From Eledone cirrhosa (taxonomy: Eukaryota): 64,000 nucleotides of DNA. Positions 55,596 through 64,000 of the stretch are shown in pieces. The position numbers and the translations under genes were made by a program. The notes below the pieces were generated by a model. That model did not search any database. It was not told where the DNA came from and worked only from the letters and a program-made list of their open reading frames with translations. Each line of letters starts with the position of its first letter. Position 1 is the first letter of the stretch. The stretch is taken from the NCBI GenBank assembly GCA_964016885.1, contig OZ024740.1, positions 174,406,001 through 174,470,000 of the forward strand. Reading direction: 5' to 3'.

Positions 55596-56372
55596 ACAAG
55601 GGCTGATACCCCCCCCCCCCACTTGCCGAATAAGTTAGGGGAAACCCCAGCTTACTTAGGTAGATGTATCTCCTTTCTTTTCTTTTCCTCTTTGTCTTCT
55701 TCTTCCTCCTGTCTCATTCTATCACTCCTTCCACCCTCTATTTCCTTCCTCGTCTGCTTTTCCTCTTTCGCCTACCCCAATGCAGCCCATCGGGCCTCTG
55801 TAGCATCAGTTCCACCACCCCTGTAATTTTAAGATAGAATTGGCCGAATACGTTTTACTAACTACTTATAGCAGACGTGTTAAACCCCCCTAATTTTGTA
55901 TCAGTTCTGGTACTACTCAATTTCTACAAGTTTTTTCTAATCTCAACTTATTAACCTGTAATTGTAAGATAGCAGTGTGATTTTTTTTTTATTCATTTCT
56001 CACTATCTAATTTTAGATATTTTTTTATTTCTTTCCATTATCTTTTATTGTCTCCTACTCTCATTCGATTTACCTATTCTATAACATCCCTCCTCCACTT
56101 CATACACTATCCTTAGAATCTGCTGTATACATATCACTTTCAACGCTTGACCGCTCCACTCACCCCCCCCCCCTATTGTTCTACAGGCAAGTTCAGCCAC
56201 CCCTACCCCCCACCAAATGCCATGATAGACTTATTTGTGTTTACAACAAATTTTAACCAATCCTCTTGACTACTACAATCTTCCCATATAAGGAAGTACC
56301 CCCTTGACAAGTTCGGCTATTTATTCACGAGGCTAAAAATTCTAATTTAGTCCAGAAATAGCCGTCGAAACG

Positions 56373-56751
56373 GTGTGGTATCTGTCAGGGTTGACGAAGT
56401 AGAAGTTTCCAGTTTGGTCCGAGTGCACCATGATGTCGTTGGTGTTTTCATACTCTGTTATTTTGCTACGGAGTTGTAGGAATCTGTTGTGTCTGGGTTT
56501 GAATTTAATGCTCTTGACCAGGTGGCAAAGGTTGTTCTCGAAGGGTGAGAGCATAGGGTTCGGAGGGGGATATTTGTAGGTATTGAATCCGAATCTCTCC
56601 TTGGGGTCGAAGTCCTGATTGTCGCGGTATCTATCGTAGAAAAAAGTTCTCTATCTTAGTCTTTTCGCAAAAAGGTCGATTTTTTGCGTGAGCATCCGAA
56701 GGTGGAACTGGGATGTCTTTGGTGGAGAAGTCAATGTTGTGTTTTCGCATC
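56373..56751 (-). pseudogene. PLE family-1 ORF N-terminus (inverted)
   Basis: Reads MRKHNIDFSTKDIPVPP..., then FGFNT..PP.PMLSPFENNLCHLVKSIKF...VHSDQTGNFY, directly downstream of the pLTR end on the minus strand. Confidence 0.75.
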
Positions 56752-56971
56752 GTGCGGGTGAAGAAACTTGAGCTGGGTAGAAAAGTCGGGATATGGCGTG
56801 GTAGAGTCGAAAAGTGCTCCACTACAGAGATAGGAGCTAAATAACAAAGGAATTGTGGTAAGAAACCAGATGGACCATAACGCACCAGAGTACTCAATAC
56901 TTAGAGTAGTAGAGTGGGAAATAGGAAAAGGTATGACCCCGACGGCAGAGTTCAAGCCGTCGGGGTCATAC

Positions 56972-57039
<68 letters not shown>

Positions 57040-57128
57040 ATTTATTCAGGTTTGAGGTTCACCACTGTATAGAGCTGGTCTATTCCGTATGGTCAATCGT
57101 AATGCAATAATATAGAGAGTACTCAACG

Positions 57129-57186
<58 letters not shown>

Positions 57187-57201
57187 TTATATATATATAT
57201 A

Positions 57202-57294
<93 letters not shown>

Positions 57295-57299
57295 GTATA

Positions 57300-57640
57300 A
57301 GTATTTATTTTGCAAGTTGCTTGATGTGAAATGGTGTGTTAAAAAAGATATTGTTATATTTTGGGAATGGAAATTTCTTTGCCCGTTTTGCCAATAAAAA
57401 CACACGTACTATGATTTTTACTTCAGCTTTATTATAATTAGATATTGGATGGTTATTTTGTCAAAGCTCAATCATCACACATTCTGTCACCTCTTCAATA
57501 ACTATTTATTCTCCTCTGTATCTCCTCTTCTTTCTGGCCTTATTAATTTCACTCCATGGTGTAAAAATGATAAAATAAAATTGAAGTGAAAATCAAATAG
57601 AGCGTGATCTTATAGGCAAAATTGGCAAACGGATCATCCT

Positions 57641-57647
<7 letters not shown>
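57300..57647. mobile_element. Decayed relative of PLE family-2 terminus, with inverted arm
   Basis: 57347-57500 resembles 13035-13170, including a decayed hammerhead. 57570-57645 is a decayed inverse copy. TA flanks. Confidence 0.6.
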
Positions 57648-57694
<47 letters not shown>

Positions 57695-58029
57695 GCATAG
57701 AACGTGAGTCATTGTACGCACCGGTTCAGCGGAAACGATAAAAACAAATAACGAAACGAAATTAAATTTCGTTTCGCTTCTAACTCACTTTTGTATGACT
57801 GACGCTTAAACAATTAAGTTAAAGTGTACATCTACATATGTATACGCAAGTATTAGTATGCATATAAATACACACATGTATACATATGTACATGTACTCA
57901 GCTTTTCACTAGACCATTTACAGTGAGTGTCAGCTAGTCTGTATGTAACCACACAGGCGGACCGGGTTTTAGAGTCATACGAGTTTTCAAGGAAACACAT
58001 TTCCTCTATTCTCCAGAGGGCCAGACAGG

Positions 58030-58074
58030 AATATTGGACTAGTTTCGATGTTATTACATCTCATCAGCAATATT
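58030..58074 (-). ncRNA. Canonical type I hammerhead ribozyme
   Basis: Minus strand reads aatattg-CTGATGA-gatgt aata acatc-GAAA-cta-GTC-caatatt. Confidence 0.93.
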
Positions 58075-58474
58075 TACCCATCTTCCGGCTTCTCTGGAGA
58101 ATTGTAAAAGCACATATCGTTATATGCTTTTTCTATGAAAATTAGTAGTGGGTAGACTAATTTGCATAGAACGTGAGTCATTGTACGCACCGGTTCAGCG
58201 GAAACGATAAAAACAAATAACGAAACGAAATTAAATTTCGTTTCGCTTCTAACTCACTTTTGTATGACTGACGCTTAAACAATTAAGTTAAAGTGTACAT
58301 CTACATATGTAAATTTAATTTCGTTTCGTTATTTGTTTTTATCGTTTCCGCTGAACCGGTGCGTACAATGACTCACGTTCTATGCAAATTAGTCTACCCA
58401 CTACTAATTTTCATAGAAAAAGCATATAACGATATGTGCTTTTACAATTCTCCAGAGAAGCCGGAAAATGGGTA

Positions 58475-58519
58475 AATATAGCTGATGAGATGTAATAACA
58501 TCGAAACTAGTCCAATATT
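58475..58519 (+). ncRNA. Canonical type I hammerhead ribozyme (one helix I mismatch)
   Basis: aatatag-CTGATGA-gatgtaataacatc-GAAA-cta-GTC-caatatt. Confidence 0.9.
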
Positions 58520-58943
58520 CCTGTCTGGCCCTCTGGAGAATAGAGGAAATGTGTTTCCTTGAAAACTCGTATGACTCTAAAACCCGGCCCGCCTGTGTGG
58601 TTACATACAGACTAGCTGACACTCACTGTAAAGTGTCTAGTGAAAAGCTGAGTACATGTACATATGTATACATGTGTGTATTTATATGCATACTAATACT
58701 TCCGTATACATATGTAGATGTACACTTTAACTTAATTGTTTAAGCGTCAGTCATACAAAAGTGAGTTAGAAGCGAAACGAAATTTAATTTCGTTTCGTTA
58801 TTTGTTTTTATCGTTTCCGCTGAACCGGTGCGTACAATGACTCACGTTCTATGCAAATTAGTCTACCCACTACTAATTTTCATAGAAAAAGCATATAACG
58901 ATATGTGCTTTTACAATTCTCCAGAGAAGCCGGAAGATGGGTA

Positions 58944-58988
58944 AATATTGCTGATGAGATGTAATAACATCGAAACTAGTCCAATATT
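58944..58988 (+). ncRNA. Canonical type I hammerhead ribozyme
   Basis: aatattg-CTGATGA-gatgtaataacatc-GAAA-cta-GTC-caatatt. Confidence 0.93.
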
Positions 58989-60672
58989 CCTGTCTGGCCC
59001 TCTGGAGAATAGAGGAAATGTGTTTCCTTGAAAACTCGTATGACTCTAAAACCCGGTCCGCCTGTGTGGTTACATACAGACTAGCTGACACTCACTGTAA
59101 AGTGTCTAGTGAAAAGCTGAGTACATGTACATATGTATACATGTGTGTATTTATATGCATACTAATACTTCCGTATACATATGTAGATGTACACTTTAAC
59201 TTAATTGTATATATATATATATATATATCTTTCTGATTTGAAAAAGAAACAATATTCTGTCCGTTCAGTCAATACCATTCTGATTTGGAAGACTATGTCT
59301 GTCTTCCTTTTCATAAATAATCCTGAGTTCCGCATGTCACTGATGAAATCCAGTAAAAATGCGTATTTGTGATGACAATTCTAATCTTTATTTTATTCAT
59401 TACCAAAACTATAAATATAAATTAGACTGAATAGAATCTAAAGTTGATTTTACTTTGAATAATAACGAAATAGGAAATATATTTTCCCCTCAGCCCCACC
59501 ACACTCCGCATAATGAGACCAATCAAAACGAAGTTCAACGTTATTGTTGAGTGGGATTATTTTTACAATCACTTAGAAAGTATAACTGTCTGTCGAGATC
59601 CAAAGATGAATATGTTAGTGATTTTTCCGTTCAGATTTCGCTGAATTATATCATAGGAAGTATATTGAGTTACATAATTGTATTCTTGAAAAAATTCAAC
59701 AAAAATTAATAAATGACGAATGGGTTGCTGACGTTGATTAAACTAACTTGGATGATGTATTTCCGGTTCTTTTTTGAAGTATAAGAAATACGTGTAGCTT
59801 TTCAGGAAGTAACGGCAGATCAGATTTTTAAATAGCAAGTAATAACGACCAATTACAACATAAATTCGTCTCCACTCACCACTTTCCCAACAAATTCACA
59901 ATCAGAGATTTCAGGAAATTTTCAAACAAACATCAGTTCATTTAATATGAATCTTTTGTTTTCTTTCAAATATGAGAAAATAGCGTAAAATCGAGTGTGC
60001 GGAAAATATGCTCCATAAAGACTGTTGCAAAGTACAAGCTATCTACCAGATTCTTCTGTAATAAAATATTTTTTCTAAACTGTCAAAACGTTACGACAAT
60101 ATAATTTATTTCTTAATTTCTACAATTGTTGTTTTTCATAATTACAAATGATAAATAGTCAATGATAAAGTTATAAATATTCATAGTTTTGACGAAACAC
60201 GTGATTTGTGGTCCATTTCATTACTCGCTGATATAACCTCAGAACAAAGAAATGCATCTGTATCATTGCTCAATTTAATCTGTTTGGAAATCCTGACCTA
60301 AGTGTCAAAGAACGAGAAGAGAAGAACATTTGAAAATAACTTTTAAAAGTAGGCCATGCACGCTAATAAAGAATCTTATAGGAAATCGAATCAAAAATAC
60401 TTTACAGATGAAAAGAAATTGGAGGAAGCTATCATATCATATTGTTTGACTCATAAATGAGAAATAATCAACAAAAAGTATTCAACTATCTCAAATATCT
60501 TATTGCTTTAATAAGAAACTTCTTGATTTTGCTTCCATGTTGTACTGTACGTCGGACCTGTTCAAGTAACATATCAGTTGCAAGCCTTTCGTTGAAACCT
60601 TCTCCATTTCTGAAAAATGTGACGCTGTGAGCGGTCTTCCACGACTCCTAAAGACCGAAAGATAAAGAAACA

Positions 60673-60727
<55 letters not shown>

Positions 60728-60729
60728 AT

Positions 60730-60820
60730 CGATACCAGTACTTGACTAGTTCTTTATTTAACGAATCCGCAAGGATGACAGGCAAAGTTGACGTCGGCAG
60801 GATTTGAACTCAGAAGGTAT
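60730..60820 (-). mobile_element. SINE fragment
   Basis: AAGGATGACAGGCAAAGTTGACGTCGGCAGGATTTGAACTCAG. Confidence 0.75.
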
Positions 60821-62180
60821 GGCATTCTATCAATTAACAACCTAATAAGAAACTAACCAGAAACAGTTCAAATAGCTAAAATTTTCGAATGTAACAGAAC
60901 TATTGATTTATAAATTTACATTGAAATGGTCTCAAATAATTTGAAATTCTGATATCATCTAACCGGTCTCCCATACAAGAAAATGTATATTTTTATTTTC
61001 TGCGTTTTTCTCTCCTCGATCACATTATTATTCGAGTATCTTATTTTGAATAGCTAACATCATAATATTCAAGCTTACTAAATATTTCAGTTAGAATGCT
61101 ATGATATTAGCGATTCGAAATACTGGAACAAGAATGTGATCTTGTTATTATAACTCGCATGTGTTTGGATAATAAATGAATATCTGATAAGTGTTTGGAT
61201 AATAACTGAATAAATAGAATAGAAAAGACATTAAAATATATAAATCAATCAAAACAGAATTTTTATTATTTTACAGATTCTATAAGAAAAATTAAATTTA
61301 ACTAATATTACCAAATAAATATAATTCTTCAAAGACTACTACACAGAATGCAATATGGTAAATACATTTCAGTATGAATGTTGTCGTGTTTTTTATTTAC
61401 ATTAAGCTCATTAACATCTTAAAAGTTAAATATACATAGCTTCTCTTAAAACTGCAAATCATTTAAATAGAAAAAAAAAATGGAAAAGTTGCACTTTGAC
61501 GTGATATAAAAAGATATCGATTACAAGTCGTGTAAATTCTCTGAAGATTCAAAAGAAATATTATATATGGATTCTGCAATGGAAGGATCTAAATAGCAAG
61601 AAATAAGCAATTTTAGTCGATGGGTATAGGCGTCATCATTTTCCATTCATCTACGCCCTGCAAAATATTGAATGTAATGCCTAAACACGGAAAAAATCGA
61701 TGTTTTGAGTGTGTGTTAAGCGCCAAGCAATATAGGTCAGGGATCAGTCGATTGTGAACAGTACCTCTGACCTACTTTCAATTCATTTTTAGCTATTTAA
61801 CTTCACTTCTTTAATTATCTCGCTTGTAATTCTATAGACAATTTGTATGATCTGCAGGATAGTGTATCAGACTAACAGCCGAAAGGAAAGCCTGCATTTA
61901 GAGGCCGGTCAAGGATACTGTAACGCATTTTCGATATTCAAGTCTTTCAAATGATTCATAGTAACCACAATTATTTCTTTCTTTATTTAGTAACACTAAT
62001 AATACATTTCTCTCTGTAAATAATGTGAATATATGACAGCCCCTAAAAGATAGCTGAAAGCAACTACCCACTCACTTACGTTCTCTTTCCACGGGTAGTG
62101 GTCCGACAATAAATTGGGTAAAAACGACAAAAGAAACAATAATAAGAAGAAATAAAAAAATTATTATTATTATAATTATT

Positions 62181-62575
62181 AATTGTTTCTACTTTAGGCA
62201 CAAGGCCAGCAATTACCCAGTGCATTACTGGTACTTTATTTTATCGACCCCCGTAAGGATGAAAGGCAAAGTCAACCTCGGCGGGATTTGAACTCAGATC
62301 GTAAAGGGACGTAACTATGCTGGAAAGCATGGCGTCCGACCCTCTACCGATACTGCCAATCCACCGCCCTTTTATTATAATTATTAATGGCAGTGGATTG
62401 GCGGTATTGGTAGAGAGACGGACACCATGCTTTCGACATAGAGTTACGTCCCTTTACGGACTGAATTCAAATCCCGCCAAGGTTAACTTTGCCTTTCATC
62501 CTTACGGGGTCGATAAAATAAAGTACCAGTAATTTACTGGATAATTGCTGGCCTTGTGCCAAAAGTAGAAACAAT
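62181..62575. mobile_element. Two full SINE copies head-to-head (62181-62369 minus; 62389-62575 plus)
   Basis: Both have an A box, B box, core and (ATT)n tail. A ~19-bp AT spacer separates the heads. Confidence 0.92.
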
Positions 62576-62589
62576 TATTATTATGGTTC

Positions 62590-63430
62590 ATTTTTGTAAA
62601 TCTCTGATATTTAGATGTTAAACATTATTTCAGCTAGGGAGCAGTCAACAAGTTGACAAAGGTCCGTCACTGTATTCTCTCCTGTATATTACATAGACAA
62701 GACTTTCCTTAAAATCTGTGCCAAGAAGTGCTGTCTTCTGTATGACCTGTAACCTTGCATCGTTTCTGATTCTATTTACACAGTTCTCAAAACTGTCCGA
62801 TATACATCCCAATGTTAAGATCACTACTGGAATCACTAAAACCTTTTTCATCCCCCACAACTTTCCATCCTCCTCCTTCAGTGGTTCATACTTCTCCCTC
62901 TTTTCATACTCTTTATCCTTCACTCTATTGTCTCCTAGAACAGATATATTGATAATTTGGGCCCGTTTTTTTTTTCTTGTTCACAACTAAAATTGTTGAC
63001 CTTCTTGTATCAATTATTGTATCGCATCGAATGGTGAAGTCCCACAAAAGTTTAAACTTGTCATTCCCCTTCTGGTCTCTTCTCATACCATTTAGTTGCT
63101 CTGACAAACCCACATTTCTCAAATATCATCCAATGGATATATCATGTAGTCTTTTGTATTCTCGCTGTGCTAACTTAAAACATTCACTTACAATATGGCT
63201 GACTGCTTCTCCTTTTGTTCCATACATTCTACACAATGGTGATTTATCGTTTTGTCAATATGATGTTTAATGTAGTTAGTTCGAAGAGCCTGCTTCTGGG
63301 CGCTACATACCAGAGATTTGATGCATCCTTTCAGATCGCCATATTTAAGCCACGGACAAAGTCTTTTCCCAATCAATGACTGCTTTATCTTTAGTTTACT
63401 GTCTATGCTTAAGTTTCTCCTTCCATTCCT
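62590..63430 (-). mobile_element. Decayed R4/Dong-clade LINE 3' fragment
   Basis: WLKYGDLK...SAQKQALRTN, LLWDFTIRCD, KEYEKREKY and VIPVV..LG...IQKTALLGT (RLE domain). Confidence 0.85.
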
Positions 63431-63451
63431 TATTATTCTTGTTGTTGTTAA

Positions 63452-63667
63452 GGGCGGTGGATTGGCAGTATCGGTAGAGCGTCGGACACCATGTTTCGAG
63501 GCATAGTTACGTCCCCTTACGTTCTGAATTCAAATCCCGCCGAGGTAAGTTATGCCTTTCATCCTTACGGGGTCGATAAACAAAAGCACCAGTAAGAACT
63601 GGGGTCGATTTAATCGATTTTACCTTCCCCCTCAAAATGCTGGCCTTGTGCCTAAAGTAGATACAAT
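63452..63667 (+). mobile_element. Full SINE copy
   Basis: GGGCGGTGGATTGGCAGTATCGGTAGAGCG head, B box, core and tail. Confidence 0.9.
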
Positions 63668-63905
63668 CATTATTATTATTCCTTTCCTGATTTGTAGCTG
63701 AGACTCCGATCTTCAAATTAAAAAACGGCATGATATATTAAGTGAACTTTACAAGTGGTATTCATGTTTCTCTACTTTCTGAATTAAAATATGTATTGAA
63801 TATAAATACATTTCGATTTACTCTGTCACTTGGAATTTCCCGTGGGTAAAATTTGTAAAATTTAACCAGTCCTATACATGAATTTCGCGTCAGTTGGATT
63901 TTAAG

Positions 63906-63995
<90 letters not shown>

Positions 63996-64000
63996 ACACA

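Larger units (their letters stand above)
53441..56970 (+). mobile_element. Penelope-like element family 1 (Naiad-like) with inverted 5' pLTR, 3' pLTR and an inverted second ORF start
   Basis: Within the inverted pLTR (53441-53878), ~53556-53878 is the reverse complement of ~56045-56372. Body 53879-55595. 56373-56958 is the inverted pLTR end plus ORF N-terminus. Flanked by (TA)n. Confidence 0.9.
57690..59207. mobile_element. Retrozyme-like array: 469-bp monomers, ~1.3 units (-) and ~1.9 units (+), diverging from ~58311
   Basis: Period 469 on both arms (57690/58159; 58475/58944). One hammerhead per unit, no meaningful ORF, both outer 3' ends run into (TA)n. Confidence 0.9.

Noticed and set aside
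57806-59236. Repeated 64-72 aa ORFs in the 469-bp array
   Set aside because: Non-ATG starts, present on both strands, not preserved in the 8.1-kb copy, and overlapping the ribozyme; treated as incidental.
59715-59760. ADVD*TNLD resembling picornavirus RdRp motif A
   Set aside because: No motif B (SG..T..N) or motif C (GDD) found at the expected spacing.

Overview
AT-rich, microsatellite-dense eukaryotic (metazoan) DNA with no recognisable host gene; the SINE, LINE and microsatellite content suggests an octopod cephalopod (inference). It is almost entirely mobile DNA. (i) A ~22 kb block (14.1-36.4 kb) holds four head-to-tail L1/Tx1-clade LINEs and a near-intact R4/Dong-clade LINE, each separated by an (AAT)n tract. 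(ii) Two families of Penelope-like (RT + GIY-YIG) elements are present. (iii) There are tRNA-derived SINEs, MITEs, a Helitron-type non-autonomous element, and RTE- and CRE-like relics. The ORF track misses the most striking feature: about 20 minimal type I hammerhead ribozyme motifs from more than 10 unrelated sequence families, read by eye on both strands. They sit in non-coding cassettes inserted into (TA)n tracts and take two forms. One is tandem 312-469 bp monomers with one hammerhead per unit (retrozyme/circular-RNA-like); the best is a divergent 469-bp array at 57.7-59.2 kb with three canonical-core hammerheads. The other is fold-back palindromes whose inversion points fall in or beside the ribozyme. 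Most short ORFs in the track are microsatellite or antisense artefacts. No computation or database search was run; all calls are by inspection.
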